Translations under genes and position numbers: made by a program
NCBI GenBank assembly: GCA_963749655.1
Contig: CAVVOB010000013.1
Location: 32,001 to 96,000 of the forward strand
Direction: 5' to 3'
DNA from: Nitrospirota bacterium
GTDB lineage: Bacteria > Nitrospirota > UBA9217
Length of the DNA stretch: 64,000 bases
The notes under the pieces: generated by a model
Seen by the model: only the letters and a program-made list of their open reading frames with translations
Databases searched by the model: none
Told to the model about the DNA's origin: nothing
In this document: positions 10,024 through 20,530 of the stretch, piece after piece
Layout of the letters: every line of letters starts with the position of its first letter
How positions within the stretch are numbered: the stretch's first letter is position 1

Positions 10024-10236
10024 ACTTCAGCCCCCTTTCCCTGAAGCGCCGGATCGGGTGTTGTGGTTTTTTATTCTTTTTTGCATGGCTTATCGATTGG
10101 GGTAGTAATGAGCGGTATTTCACAAGTCTGTTGATATTGAATGTTTTTTTCTCCGCGCCTTCGTTGCTTTGTTCGGGAAACGATTTTCAGGAATGAATCT
10201 ATTATTTATCCTCGTATCCGAAAGGAGGTGAACGTT

Positions 10237-10422
10237 ATGAAAAAATCCTTCGTACTCATTCTGGCATTGGCAATACTGGCTACTTTTTCGGTTATCGGCT
10301 GTGAGAAGAAAGCTGAAACGCCGCCGCCCGCTGCGCAGCCTGCAGTGACCCCGCCGCCGGCCCCGGCTCCTGCACCAGCCCCGGCACCCGCTCCGGAACC
10401 GGCAAAACCGGCAAAAAAATAG
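10237..10422 (+). CDS. Small Pro/Ala-rich lipoprotein
   Basis: AAAGGAGGTG RBS; lipobox-like VIGC; PA repeats; terminator follows. Confidence 0.8.
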   Translation: MKKSFVLILALAILATFSVIGCEKKAETPPPAAQPAVTPPPAPAPAPAPAPAPEPAKPAKK

Positions 10423-10456
10423 CTGCATGCACAATTTACCACGGTTACGTGCGCTC

Positions 10457-10480
10457 GGCCCCCCATCGCGGGGGCCTTTT
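10457..10480 (+). terminator. Rho-independent terminator
   Basis: ggccccc-catcgc-gggggcc-tttt. Confidence 0.7.
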
Positions 10481-10657
10481 CATTCACCACACGTAGCTCG
10501 GGCGTAACAAACGAGACTGCGCTCCGCATAAGAGGGGGCAGCGGCCGATTTCCCGTCCCTGAACGCACAAGTCGCTCCGAAGCATGGACATGGCAGAACT
10601 GGCACCAGCTCCGGTCGCCGGAGCTGCTGGTATGAACGCCGGATACGCGGTACCCCG

Positions 10658-12454
10658 ATGACGAAACTGACTACGGATTTTCTGAACGAGATCCTGATCA
10701 AAGCTGGCAAGCTTACGCCCGACCAGGCCAGGGAGATCAAGGTTAAGCAGGACGTCCAGCGCATGAAGCTCCTCAAGGCGCGGGGTGAGACCCTGCACCG
10801 GGGGAGGATGCACCTCGAGGAAGAGGTGTCGGCGATCGAGGTTGTTGCCTCGATGAATATGGAGATTCCCGGTTCTCCGGGACAGCTCCTGACTGAAGAC
10901 CTTGTTACTGAAATCGTGGCTGTTCATGCAGGCCTGCCCTTCAAAAAGATCGATCCTCTGAAGCTCAACCCCGAGGTGGTCACCCAGATCCTTTCCCGAG
11001 CCTTCGCACGAAGGACCGTTTCCATGCCGATCGAGAAAAACGACGACGACCTTACGCTCGCCGTTGCGGATCCTTACAATATTGAGGTCGTCGAAAACGT
11101 CGAGCGGATGGGCTACCGGGTCAAGCGCGTGGTCTCGTCCCGTACCGATATCATCAAGATCATCACGGAATTCTACGGCTTCCGCTCGTCGGTGACCGCC
11201 GCGGCGAAAGAGATGGACTCCAGCGTCGATCTGGGCAACCTCGAACAGTTCGTCAAGATGAAGTCCGTCACCGAGATCGAGGCAACGGACAAGCACATCG
11301 TGAACGCCGTGGAATTTCTCTTCCGCTATGCCTTCGATCAGCGGGCCAGCGACATCCACATCGAACCCAAGCGCGATGCCAGCGAGATCCGCCTCCGGAT
11401 CGACGGCATGCTCAACACCATCCATCGGACGCCCAAGGCCGTCCACCCCGCGTTCATATCGCGCATCAAGATGCTTTCGCGCATGGACATCGCCGAGAAA
11501 CGGCGGCCCCAGGACGGAAGGATCAAGACCGAATACAAGTCGCGCGAGGTCGAGCTGCGCGTCTCGACCATGCCGACGGCGTTCGGCGAGAAGGTGGTCA
11601 TCAGGATCTTCGATCCCGACGTGGTGCTCCAGGACCTCGAGGAGATCGGATTCGAGCCGCGCGAGTATGAGCTTTTCCGGTCGTTCATTACGCGGCCGAA
11701 CGGCATCATTCTCGTGACCGGGCCGACGGGAAGCGGCAAGACCACGACGCTCTATTCGGCGCTCAAAACGGTCGCGCTGCCGGAAGTGAACGTCGTAACC
11801 ATCGAAGACCCGATCGAAATGGTCCACGAAAAGTTCAACCAGGTGAGCATCCAGCCCCAGATCGGGGTAACCTTCGGCAGCATGCTCCGGACGATCCTCC
11901 GTCAGGACCCGGACATCATCATGGTGGGTGAAATCCGCGACCTGGAAACGGCGGAGAATGCGGTCCAGGCGGCGTTGACGGGCCACCTCGTCTTCTCCAC
12001 GCTCCATACGAACGACGCGCCGAGCACGATCACCAGGCTCATGGACCTGGGCGTTCCCTCCTACCTTATTTCCTCGACGATCATCGGCGTCATGGCCCAG
12101 CGTCTGGTCAGAAAGATCTGCAAGCATTGCGAAAAAGACTACGAACTGCTGCCCGAGGAAGCCGAGGCCGTGGGGCTCGCATCGGGCAAGGACCGGAAGA
12201 TCGCGGTAAAATACGGTGAGGGATGCCCTCAATGCCGGGGCACGGGATATATGGGGAGGACCGGCATCTTCGAGGTGCTGGAGATGAACGATAAGATCAG
12301 GGCCATCATTCGTGACAAGGCGGAAGCGGAGCTCATCAGGAAGGCGGCCGTCTCCGACGGCATGGTCGGGCTGCGCGAGGCCGCAGTGCAGAAGCTGCTG
12401 AAGGGTGAAACGACTTTTGACGAGGTCATCCGGGTAACGGGGGAAAAGATCTGA
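10658..12454 (+). CDS. GspE/PilB family secretion ATPase
   Basis: ASDIHIEP, RRPQDGR, GPTGSGKTT, LRQDPDIIMVGEIRD, two CxxC motifs. Confidence 0.95.
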   Translation: MTKLTTDFLNEILIKAGKLTPDQAREIKVKQDVQRMKLLKARGETLHRGRMHLEEEVSAIEVVASMNMEIPGSPGQLLTEDLVTEIVAVHAGLPFKKIDPLKLNPEVVTQILSRAFARRTVSMPIEKNDDDLTLAVADPYNIEVVENVERMGYRVKRVVSSRTDIIKIITEFYGFRSSVTAAAKEMDSSVDLGNLEQFVKMKSVTEIEATDKHIVNAVEFLFRYAFDQRASDIHIEPKRDASEIRLRIDGMLNTIHRTPKAVHPAFISRIKMLSRMDIAEKRRPQDGRIKTEYKSREVELRVSTMPTAFGEKVVIRIFDPDVVLQDLEEIGFEPREYELFRSFITRPNGIILVTGPTGSGKTTTLYSALKTVALPEVNVVTIEDPIEMVHEKFNQVSIQPQIGVTFGSMLRTILRQDPDIIMVGEIRDLETAENAVQAALTGHLVFSTLHTNDAPSTITRLMDLGVPSYLISSTIIGVMAQRLVRKICKHCEKDYELLPEEAEAVGLASGKDRKIAVKYGEGCPQCRGTGYMGRTGIFEVLEMNDKIRAIIRDKAEAELIRKAAVSDGMVGLREAAVQKLLKGETTFDEVIRVTGEKI

Positions 12455-12564
12455 TCCGCCGGGAAAGTTAGAAGATCAAAGTTCATATTTCAAACGGTTT
12501 CGTTTCGGCTTCCGATTCGTCACCTGGATTTTGATCTTCGAATTTCTTCGAATATATAATGTAT

Positions 12565-13842
12565 ATGGATACCTTCACCGTTTTCATATCGGACAACTGG
12601 CTGCTGATAGCGGCCGCCCTGGGAAGCGTCCTGTGCGCGGCATTTTTTGCAGCAGCGGAGACCGCCATCGTCTTTTCGAACAAGGCGCACCTGCGCGAGC
12701 TTGCGGAAACGGGGAACGAACGCGCACAATCCGTTCTCGCGCTCGTTGAGGACCGGGACCGCCTCCATACTGCGCTGCTCGTGGCCGAGAATTTTTTCAT
12801 CATTCTGTCGGCTGTTCTCGGAACGGTGATCGCGGGGCACGTCTTCGAGAAGACCTTCCCCGCGGCCGCGGTCACCACGGTTTGCGCGAGCTTTCTGGTG
12901 GTCTTTTTCGCCAAACTCGCGCCGAAGGGGATCGCCTGCAGAAACCCGGACCGCTTCGCCCTGGCGGTCGCTTCACTCGTCCGGATGGTGATGAACGGCC
13001 TGTCGCCCCTGTCCCGGCTCCTGGCGCGGGCGGCGGATATCATTGCCGGCCCGGGCTCCCAGGGCATGACCTGCACGGCGGTGGTCACCGAGGAGGATAT
13101 CAAGGCCATGATCAACCTCGGCGAGGAGCGGGGCTCGCTGAAGGAAGAGGAAAAGGAGCTCCTCCATAAAGTATTCGAGTTCGGCGATACCGTGGCCTCG
13201 GAAGCCATGCGTCCTCGCACCGAGATCGTGAGCGTCCCGTCGAGCGTCACGCTGCAGGAGGTCTTTGCACTCGTTTCCGAGTTCGGCTACTCCCGCTACC
13301 CGGTGATCGAGAACACCGTGGATACCGTCATCGGGATCCTCTACATCAAGGACATCTTCGTGGCCATGGCGGAAGGCGAGGTGAAGCGCGAGGACGGGAT
13401 CAAGCGATTCATCAGGCCGGCCTACTTCATCCCCGAGAACAAGCGGTTGAGCGAGCTCCTGTCCGACATGCAGAGCGAACGCTTCCAGATCGCCATTGTC
13501 ATCGACGAATACGGGGGTACGGCGGGGATCGTGACGCTCGAGGACCTTATCGAGGAGATCGTGGGGAGCATTCATGACGAATTAGAGAGCGAGGAAAAAG
13601 ACGTCCAGATCGTGGATGAGAAAAATTTCGTGGTCTCGGGGCAGTCGGCGCTCGATGAGGTGAACGAACTGATCGACACCAACCTTCAGTCCACGGAATT
13701 CAACACCCTCGGCGGATTCGTCTTCGGCCTTTTCGGCAGGATGCCTAAGGTCGGCGAGCAGCTCCGGTACCGGAAACTCAAACTCGAGGTACTGGAACTG
13801 GAAGGAAGAAAAATAACCAAGGTGAAGATAACGAAGCTGTAA
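12565..13842 (+). CDS. CNNM/CBS/CorC_HlyC (hemolysin family) protein
   Basis: [44 protein letters not shown]; start is 12559 or 12565. Confidence 0.93.
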   Translation: MDTFTVFISDNWLLIAAALGSVLCAAFFAAAETAIVFSNKAHLRELAETGNERAQSVLALVEDRDRLHTALLVAENFFIILSAVLGTVIAGHVFEKTFPAAAVTTVCASFLVVFFAKLAPKGIACRNPDRFALAVASLVRMVMNGLSPLSRLLARAADIIAGPGSQGMTCTAVVTEEDIKAMINLGEERGSLKEEEKELLHKVFEFGDTVASEAMRPRTEIVSVPSSVTLQEVFALVSEFGYSRYPVIENTVDTVIGILYIKDIFVAMAEGEVKREDGIKRFIRPAYFIPENKRLSELLSDMQSERFQIAIVIDEYGGTAGIVTLEDLIEEIVGSIHDELESEEKDVQIVDEKNFVVSGQSALDEVNELIDTNLQSTEFNTLGGFVFGLFGRMPKVGEQLRYRKLKLEVLELEGRKITKVKITKL

Positions 13843-13844
13843 TA

Positions 13845-13908
13845 GCAGAGAGCAGAGAGCAGAGAGCAGAGAGCAGAGAGATTCTACCCTCTGCGCCATG
13901 CGCTATGC
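13845..13908 (+). repeat. (GCAGAGA)5 heptamer element, copy A
   Basis: 62/64 nt identical to 15739-15802. Confidence 0.9.
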
Positions 13909-13948
13909 TGCCTATACATTTTTTATTTATTTAGTTCGGAGGTGTAGG

Positions 13949-14872
13949 TTGCGCAAGAAAGTGACGGTTGTCGGTGCAGGAAACGTCGGAGCTACGCTGG
14001 TCCAGCGGATCGCTGAGATGCAGATCGCCGATGTGGTGATGGTGGATGTGGTGGAAGGGGTGCCCCAGGGCAAGAGCCTTGACCTCCTTGAGGCGGGGCC
14101 GGTGCTCGGGTATGATTCGCGCGTCACGGGAACGAACGGGTATGACGAGACAGCGGGGTCCGATATCATCGTGATCACCGCCGGCCTGGCCAGAAAGCCG
14201 GGCATGAGCCGCGACGACCTTCTGGCGGCAAACGGGAGCATCGTCAAAAAAGTCGCCGAGGAGACCGGCAAACGCTCGCCCCGGGCAGTCATGATCGTGG
14301 TCACGAACCCCATGGATGTGATGGCCCACGTGGCCATGAAAGCCAGCGGCTTCCCCAGAGAACGGGTGATCGGCATGGGCGGTGTACTCGATTCCGCCCG
14401 GTTCAGGACCTTTATCGCCCTGGAGCTCGGCGTTTCCGTGGAAAACACCCATGCCTTCGTCCTCGGCGGACACGGGGACTCGATGGTCCCGCTGCCGCGC
14501 TACTCGACCGTCGCCGGCATCCCGATCACGGAGCTCATGAGCAGGGAGCGGATCGACAAGCTCGTGGAGCGGACCAGGAACGGAGGGGCCGAGATCGTCG
14601 CGCTGCTCAAGACCGGCAGCGCCTACTATGCTCCGTCGGCGGCCACCCTTGAGATGGTCGAGGCCGTGCTGCTGGACAAGAAGAAGATCCTTCCGTGCTC
14701 CACCCGGCTGGAGGGGCCCTACGGCGTCAACGGCGTCTTCGCCGGCGTGCCGGTAAAGCTCGGCGAGAAGGGCGTGGAGCAGGTGATCGAAATCAAGCTG
14801 TCGGCGGACGAACAGGCTGAGTTCATGAAGTCCGTGGAGGCGGTGAGGGCGGGATGCGAGAAATTCACGTAG
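13949..14872 (+). CDS. mdh: Malate dehydrogenase (LDH-like)
   Basis: [34 protein letters not shown]; GGAGGT RBS with TTG start. Confidence 0.95.
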   Translation: MRKKVTVVGAGNVGATLVQRIAEMQIADVVMVDVVEGVPQGKSLDLLEAGPVLGYDSRVTGTNGYDETAGSDIIVITAGLARKPGMSRDDLLAANGSIVKKVAEETGKRSPRAVMIVVTNPMDVMAHVAMKASGFPRERVIGMGGVLDSARFRTFIALELGVSVENTHAFVLGGHGDSMVPLPRYSTVAGIPITELMSRERIDKLVERTRNGGAEIVALLKTGSAYYAPSAATLEMVEAVLLDKKKILPCSTRLEGPYGVNGVFAGVPVKLGEKGVEQVIEIKLSADEQAEFMKSVEAVRAGCEKFT

Positions 14873-15693
14873 ACGAAATCAGGGACAATATCGCCCGGAT
14901 GTGCGTCGACGCGGTCTACAATTTGAGCGAGGACGTGCTTGCAGCATTCGACCGCGCGCAGGAGGCGGAAACCGCGCCCGCGGCTCAGGAAATCATCGGA
15001 CTCCTGAAGGAGAACGCCCGCATAGCACGGGAGGAGCGCATCCCCCTGTGCCAGGACACCGGCATCGCGATCTTCTTTGTCGAGATTGGGCAGGACCTCC
15101 GGATCAAGAACGGCTTCCTCGTCGACGCCATCAATGAAGGCGTGCGCAAGGGCTACCGGGAGGGGTATCTCCGTAAGTCCGTGGTCGATCCCCTGACACG
15201 GAAGAATACGGGAGACAATACGCCTGCCATCATCTATACGGAACTGGTCCCCGGCGACAAACTGAAGCTGTCCTTCATGCCCAAAGGCGCCGGGAGCGAG
15301 AACATGAGCGCCATCCGGATGCTCAGGCCGACGGAAGGCGTAGAGGGGATCAGGAACTTCGTGCTGGAGTGCGTCACAACCGCCGGCGCCAACCCCTGTC
15401 CGCCGGTCGTGATCGGCGTGGGCATCGGCGGCGACTTCGAGAAGGTGGCGCTCCTCGCCAAGAAGGCGCTGCTCCGGCCGGTGGGCAGCCCGAACGCAAA
15501 GCTGGAGCTTGCAAAACTCGAGGAGGACCTGCTCAAGGCCGTCAACAGGACCGGCATCGGACCGGAAGGCCTGGGGGGCAGAGTGACGGCCATGGCCGTG
15601 CATGCGGAAAGTTTTCCCTGCCACATCGCAAGTCTGCCTGTTGCGGTGAACATCAACTGCCACGCGGCCAGGCATAAAACCATAATACTTTAA
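14854..15693 (+). CDS. Fumarate hydratase class I, alpha subunit
   Basis: [34 protein letters not shown]; adjacent to mdh. Confidence 0.92.
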   Translation: MREIHVDEIRDNIARMCVDAVYNLSEDVLAAFDRAQEAETAPAAQEIIGLLKENARIAREERIPLCQDTGIAIFFVEIGQDLRIKNGFLVDAINEGVRKGYREGYLRKSVVDPLTRKNTGDNTPAIIYTELVPGDKLKLSFMPKGAGSENMSAIRMLRPTEGVEGIRNFVLECVTTAGANPCPPVVIGVGIGGDFEKVALLAKKALLRPVGSPNAKLELAKLEEDLLKAVNRTGIGPEGLGGRVTAMAVHAESFPCHIASLPVAVNINCHAARHKTIIL

Positions 15694-15694
15694 A

Positions 15695-15807
15695 TTGCGG
15701 AATGCGGATTGCGGATCGAAAATCGGGAAGTAAATTCCGCAGAGAGCAGAGAGCAGAGAGCAGAGAGCAGAGAGATTCTCCCCTCTGCGCCATGCTCTAT
15801 GCCCTCT
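15695..15807 (+). repeat. Composite heptamer element (TGCGGA units plus (GCAGAGA)5 copy B)
   Basis: ttgcgga-atgcgga-ttgcgga ... ttccgca, then (gcagaga)5 attctcccctctgcgccatgc. Confidence 0.85.
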
Positions 15808-15823
15808 CCAAAAAGGGTAATGC

Positions 15824-16405
15824 ATGACGAATCCTATCAGACTTACTCCACCTTTGACCGACGAGGTCGTCAGCGCGCTCAAGGCAGGAGACCGGGTCCT
15901 CATCTCCGGCGTAATTTACACCGGCAGGGACATGGCCCACAAGTACATGGTCGAGGGACACCGGAAAGGGGAGAAGCTTCCTTTCGATCCCCGCGGGCAG
16001 ATCCTTTACTATACCGGCCCGACGCCGGCGCCTCCGGGCAGGCCGATCGGGTCGGCCGGCCCTACGACAAGCTACCGCATGGACAAATATACGCCTGAGC
16101 TGCTCGAACTCGGCCTGAAGGGCATGATCGGCAAGGGGCCCCGCGGCCAGGACGTGAAGGACGCGATCCGGAAGTTCAAGGCCGTTTATTTCGCGGCAAT
16201 CGGCGGCGCAGGCGCCTTGATATCAAAGGCGATCAGAAAGGCCGAGGTGATCGCCTATCCCGAACTCGGCACCGAGGCGGTCATGCGTCTCGAGGTCGAA
16301 GACTTCCCGGCTGTTGTCGTGAACGATGTGGAGGGAAACGATCTTTACCGAATCGGTGTTGAGCAGTATGCGGACGCCGGCGCTGCTGAAGACGAAACCT
16401 GCTGA
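15824..16405 (+). CDS. Fumarate hydratase class I, beta subunit
   Basis: TGRDMAH, GSAGPTTSYRMD, MIGKGPR, AIGGAGAL. Confidence 0.92.
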   Translation: MTNPIRLTPPLTDEVVSALKAGDRVLISGVIYTGRDMAHKYMVEGHRKGEKLPFDPRGQILYYTGPTPAPPGRPIGSAGPTTSYRMDKYTPELLELGLKGMIGKGPRGQDVKDAIRKFKAVYFAAIGGAGALISKAIRKAEVIAYPELGTEAVMRLEVEDFPAVVVNDVEGNDLYRIGVEQYADAGAAEDETC

Positions 16406-16428
16406 GAAGCGCGGAACGAATAAGACCA

Positions 16429-16518
16429 TGCAACCACGGATAAACACGGATATGCACGGATGAAGCAAAGTCTCAGCTGCATACGCTCTGCAGCTTTCCG
16501 TGTCTATCCGTGGTTGCA
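16429..16518 (+). repeat. 10-mer-unit inverted repeat element, copy 2
   Basis: Perfect 14-bp IR tgcaaccacggata / tatccgtggttgca plus tandem cacggat units. Confidence 0.85.
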
Positions 16519-16555
16519 CCCGCCGTTTTAAGAATTCAGTCCAAAGGAGAGGGCA

Positions 16556-17089
16556 ATGACGATCAAGTCGAAAATCAGGACAGTACCGAATTATCCCAAG
16601 AAGGGCATCATGTTCCGGGACATCACCACGCTCATCAAGGACCCGGTTGGCTTCCGGCTCGTTATCGACACGCTGGTCCAGCGGTATATCGGCAAGGAAT
16701 ACGAGTTCGATACCATCGTGGGCATCGAGTCGAGGGGCTTCATCCTCGGCGCGGCCATGTCCTATGCGCTCGGCAAGGGCTTTATTCCGATCCGGAAGAA
16801 GGGCAAGCTGCCCGCGGAAGTCGAATCGCAGGAATACGCTCTCGAGTACGGCACCGATAAGATCGAGATACACAAGGACGCCCTGAAAAAAGGCGATCGG
16901 GTGCTCCTCGTCGACGACCTCCTCGCCACAGGCGGAACAGCGCTGGCTGCGGCGGCGCTTATAGAAAAGTTGGGTGCCGTCGTGGTCGAGATGACTTTCA
17001 TCGTGGACCTGCCGGACGTGGGTGGGAAGAAGAAACTGCTGGATAAGGGGTATAAGGTTTTCGCCCTCACGGAGTTCGAGGGCGACTGA
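16556..17089 (+). CDS. apt: Adenine phosphoribosyltransferase
   Basis: FRDITTL, GIESRGF, RKKGKLP, YALEYG, VDDLLATGGT. Confidence 0.97.
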   Translation: MTIKSKIRTVPNYPKKGIMFRDITTLIKDPVGFRLVIDTLVQRYIGKEYEFDTIVGIESRGFILGAAMSYALGKGFIPIRKKGKLPAEVESQEYALEYGTDKIEIHKDALKKGDRVLLVDDLLATGGTALAAAALIEKLGAVVVEMTFIVDLPDVGGKKKLLDKGYKVFALTEFEGD

Positions 17090-17108
17090 GCAGCTGCATT
17101 TAAGCGGT

Positions 17109-17150
17109 AAAAAAACAACGGCGCCCGTGATCTTTCGGGCGCCCTTTTTA
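17109..17150. terminator. Bidirectional terminator
   Basis: A-run, ggcgcccg-tgatcttt-cgggcgcc, T-run between convergent genes. Confidence 0.7.
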
Positions 17151-17185
17151 TCGGGGAAAAAAGCTGCAGAAAACAGAAGGTACCG

Positions 17186-18904
17186 CTAGTACGCCCAGTA
17201 GGGGCCGGTCCCGAGGGTGGAGGTTTTCCCGTCGATTCCGACGAAGACGCTCCTGCCGAAGAAGAAGGGAAGCCCCCAGTCGAAGGATCCGGGAAAGGAA
17301 CCGCCGATCTCGACGAAGACGCTGTTGGACGTACTTGCCAGATTGACAAAATTGCCGATCTGAAAGGAAACCGGCCCTGACGGCGAGCCGCCGGCGCCCT
17401 TGTTGGTCGCTGACAAGGATGTTGTGGACGACGGGCAGTACCACGATGAGTTGGGCGAGGCGCAGGCTGAAACCGCGCCGGAGGGGAAGAACAGTCCGTT
17501 CGATCCGCTGTCGATGAAACTGGTGCTGAGCGTACTGCCATTGAATACCGTAATAAAATTTCCTGACCCGTTTGCGGCGTAGGTCGTGACCCCGGAGGGT
17601 GTGTTGTTGGGCTGTGTGCCGATACCGAGGATCAACTTCCCGTTGACAGAGTTCGTCCCGCCCAGGGAAACCCCCGGCAGCTGGACAATGACACCGTTGT
17701 TATCCGCCGTAGTGAGCGATGCAACAGGATTCTGCACCTGATCTGTAAGCGCGACCGTGGTGTGCGAACAGGTTGACCCGTTACAAGTGTAATAAGGGAT
17801 TAAGGGGAGGTTGTTGGGGTCGGTGCAGGCGGTTCCGCAATCCTCCGCGAACAGGCCTACTCCCAAGATGCCGTTAAAGCCCGCTGCCGCAGGGCTGGTC
17901 TGCGGACTGGAGCAGTTCGTGGGAGTGAAGAACGTGGAATCAATCACTTGTAAAGGCACATTGGAAGCCTTTTCGCCCCCCAGAGTAATGTCAGCTCTCT
18001 GCACCGGTCCCCATTGCGCCGATCCGTCTGCATAGGTGACACACTCGGCGAGAGAACCAGAACCCGCGGTTACCTGTGTAAGCGATACAGTCAACGCCTG
18101 TTTGAAGATGCGCAGCCCATAACTTCCCGTGTCGAGAAGGAGGTCGGTGATCGTCTGGCATGTCGCTGTGCCCGGCGTGCAGACCGTCACGCTGACGCAG
18201 GGTTTGTTGAGATAGGAGCCGCTCGAGCAAAGAGAACCGTTCACGGTGATCGGGACCACGTTATTCACGGCTGCGGCTACTGTCAACGTCGTGGAGTTTG
18301 AAACGCTTCCGGACAAGGCGGTTATCAACGACGACCCGATGGTGAGGGCTGAGGCAAGGCCATTGGAGCCCGGTATATTGCTTATGGTCGCGACAGAAGT
18401 GGAAGATGAGCTCCAGGTCACGACTGATGTCACAACCTGCGTCGTGCTGTCCGAGAAGGTTCCTGTCGCGGAGAACTGCTCCGTTGATCCCGCGGTGACG
18501 CTCGGGTCGACGGGCATTACTGAAAGGGATGCGAGCTTCGCGGAGGTGACCGTCAGGGTAGTCGAGCCCGTAATGTTTTCGAAGGAAGCGGTGATGGTTG
18601 TCGACCCCGTGGCCAGGGAAGAGGCCTGTCCGTTGAATCCGGCTGAATTGCTTATGGCAGCCACGGAGGTCGAGGAAGAACCCCAGGACGCCGACGTCGT
18701 CAGATTGCGCTTCGTGTTGTCCGAGTAGTTCCCGGTGGCGGTGAACTGCTGCATGGTGCCCGGCGCAATGGAGGGATTTGTCGGCGTTACCGTAATGGAG
18801 ACAAGCGCTCCAACGCCGCCGGAGCTGCCGACGGATCCGCTGCTGCACCCGACCGCCAATACGAGGACCGCCATTATAAGGATGGAGCTTCTATTTGATC
18901 TCAT
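17186..18904 (-). CDS. Lipoprotein with two Ig-like (Big_2) repeats and a DUF3443-like domain
   Basis: Lipobox AVGC; two repeats Q(Q)FTATG.YSD...W.SS..SVA.IS; PCVSVTVCTPG, LLDTGSYGLR, FIDSGSNG, FDWGLPFFFGR. Confidence 0.85.
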   Translation of the reverse strand: MRSNRSSILIMAVLVLAVGCSSGSVGSSGGVGALVSITVTPTNPSIAPGTMQQFTATGNYSDNTKRNLTTSASWGSSSTSVAAISNSAGFNGQASSLATGSTTITASFENITGSTTLTVTSAKLASLSVMPVDPSVTAGSTEQFSATGTFSDSTTQVVTSVVTWSSSSTSVATISNIPGSNGLASALTIGSSLITALSGSVSNSTTLTVAAAVNNVVPITVNGSLCSSGSYLNKPCVSVTVCTPGTATCQTITDLLLDTGSYGLRIFKQALTVSLTQVTAGSGSLAECVTYADGSAQWGPVQRADITLGGEKASNVPLQVIDSTFFTPTNCSSPQTSPAAAGFNGILGVGLFAEDCGTACTDPNNLPLIPYYTCNGSTCSHTTVALTDQVQNPVASLTTADNNGVIVQLPGVSLGGTNSVNGKLILGIGTQPNNTPSGVTTYAANGSGNFITVFNGSTLSTSFIDSGSNGLFFPSGAVSACASPNSSWYCPSSTTSLSATNKGAGGSPSGPVSFQIGNFVNLASTSNSVFVEIGGSFPGSFDWGLPFFFGRSVFVGIDGKTSTLGTGPYWAY

Positions 18905-19361
18905 CGATGTCTACTCCTTGCGGGACCAGGGCGGGGGCATAGGCACGGCCGTGCAGGTCGCGCATGTGGCCCCACGTTTCAACGACAACGCGCTGCGTCT
19001 TTACCCGGGAGTTCCTGCGGCCCGGCGTCCGCTGCGTATTGCTGCGCGCTGATTCGTATTCATCGGCATAGGACCCGAGGAGCACCGTAAGATCAGGGCG
19101 GACCAGCCCGTTCCAGGCAAGAGCGAAGATCGTGCCGGACGAAGAAACGAACTCGCGCACCGACACGGCATCGGACGTGACTTCCTCGATCGTGTATCCC
19201 GGGGCGGCCGTTGTCGATCTCCTGGCTGCCGAGAGCGCTCGTTGATCAGTGGTGATGGAGTCAGCGGATTCCCCGAGCGCAGCCAGGGCTTCCTCCATGC
19301 TGATGAGCTGGATTGCCGAGAGGATGCTGCTGAGCAACAGGATTAAGAGAGAGTGTTTCAT
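18891..19361 (-). CDS. DUF2844-like secreted protein
   Basis: Signal peptide ending ALA-ALG; VREFVSSSGTIFALAWNG..RPDL..LLG.Y, GHMRDLHGRAY; overlaps the DUF3443-like gene. Confidence 0.8.
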   Translation of the reverse strand: MKHSLLILLLSSILSAIQLISMEEALAALGESADSITTDQRALSAARRSTTAAPGYTIEEVTSDAVSVREFVSSSGTIFALAWNGLVRPDLTVLLGSYADEYESARSNTQRTPGRRNSRVKTQRVVVETWGHMRDLHGRAYAPALVPQGVDIDEIK

Positions 19362-19677
19362 TGAGGACCGCCTCTTTCTGATGCTGCAATCTTCGGTTGC
19401 AGATACATACCTTCAGGGGATGTCATTCAAGGGCATGTAATGAGTATATCAGAGTTTTTGGTGTCCGGGGCAGCAGCCCGGCAAGCCGCATTTCTGCGCC
19501 AGTTTTTTCCGAGAAACAGCAAATTGAATGAAGTGCCTGACCAGGAGCGTGAAGGAGAACAAAATTTTCAAATGGGATCATTTAAATTTTTAATTGAGTA
19601 ATTTATAAACTTGTGGTATTGTACGTACCCACAGACAGGGTAATCCCATTATATTCCATAAAGGAGGGGTAGAACAC

Positions 19678-19965
19678 ATGAAAAAGGTTATTGCGGTTCT
19701 GGTTGCAATGGTTCTGGTTGTAGCGTTGGCTTCCGTGGTATTCGCGGCAGATGCAAAGGGCACCATCAAGAGTGTCGATACAAAGGCGGGAACGGTTGTA
19801 TTCTGTCCCGAGGGCGGCAAGGATGAGACCCTCAAGGCCGACAAGGCCGTTCTGGACAAGGTCAAAGCAGGCGACAAGGTGGACGCAAATGTCGAGCACG
19901 GCATGCTCATGGGTGTAAAGGGCGCGGCCGCTGCACCGGCAAAGAAAGCTCCGGTGGGCTGCTAG
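19678..19965 (+). CDS. Small exported protein (OB-fold-like, C-terminal GC)
   Basis: AAGGAGG RBS; signal peptide; GTIKSVD...VKAGDKV; terminator follows. Confidence 0.8.
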   Translation: MKKVIAVLVAMVLVVALASVVFAADAKGTIKSVDTKAGTVVFCPEGGKDETLKADKAVLDKVKAGDKVDANVEHGMLMGVKGAAAAPAKKAPVGC

Positions 19966-19986
19966 TAGTTCGGAATCATCAATGTT

Positions 19987-20019
19987 GGGAGTCTCCCGCG
20001 GGAGACTCCCTTTTTTTTT
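19987..20019 (+). terminator. Rho-independent terminator
   Basis: gggagtctcc-cgcg-ggagactccc-T9. Confidence 0.85.
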
Positions 20020-20178
20020 CCGATGATGGCCTGTGCCCGTGAATCCCGGGAAATGCAGCGGGAAGCTTAAAATTCCTTGATTTGCAGGGACGTTTGTTTT
20101 ATTATTGTGCGTCCCATCCATGTCCGGCATGCGCATCCGATGATTTAGGGAATTCAACAGTAATTCGAGGAGGAAACA

Positions 20179-20400
20179 GTGATTAAGGTGAACCAGGAAG
20201 AGCTCAAGCAGAAGATCGAGAAACTGAAAAAAACCGCAACAGAGACTTCAGCCAAAGCCGGCAAAAAATCCGACCCCGCCGCCCGAAAAGCCCGCAAACA
20301 GGTAAAACGCGCACAGCGGAAGCTGCGGGTTGCCAAGACCTACAAACAAGCCGGGAAAAAACCTGCCGCAGCCGCAGGCGCCGAAAAAGCGTCTGCTTAA
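20179..20400 (+). CDS. Small Lys/Ala-rich basic protein
   Basis: GAGGAGG RBS; highly basic (RKARKQVKRAQRK). Confidence 0.65.
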   Translation: MIKVNQEELKQKIEKLKKTATETSAKAGKKSDPAARKARKQVKRAQRKLRVAKTYKQAGKKPAAAAGAEKASA

Positions 20401-20530
20401 CGCGAAGCAAGCAGTCCCGCATGCAGGGGGCTGCTGCGGGATGCCGCGTTGTCCGGAAGGCTCCTCAACTCCTGTTGTCGGAGTTCCTTCGGACGGGCGG
20501 CTGCCTCCGCATATTTCCGCTCCTCATGTC

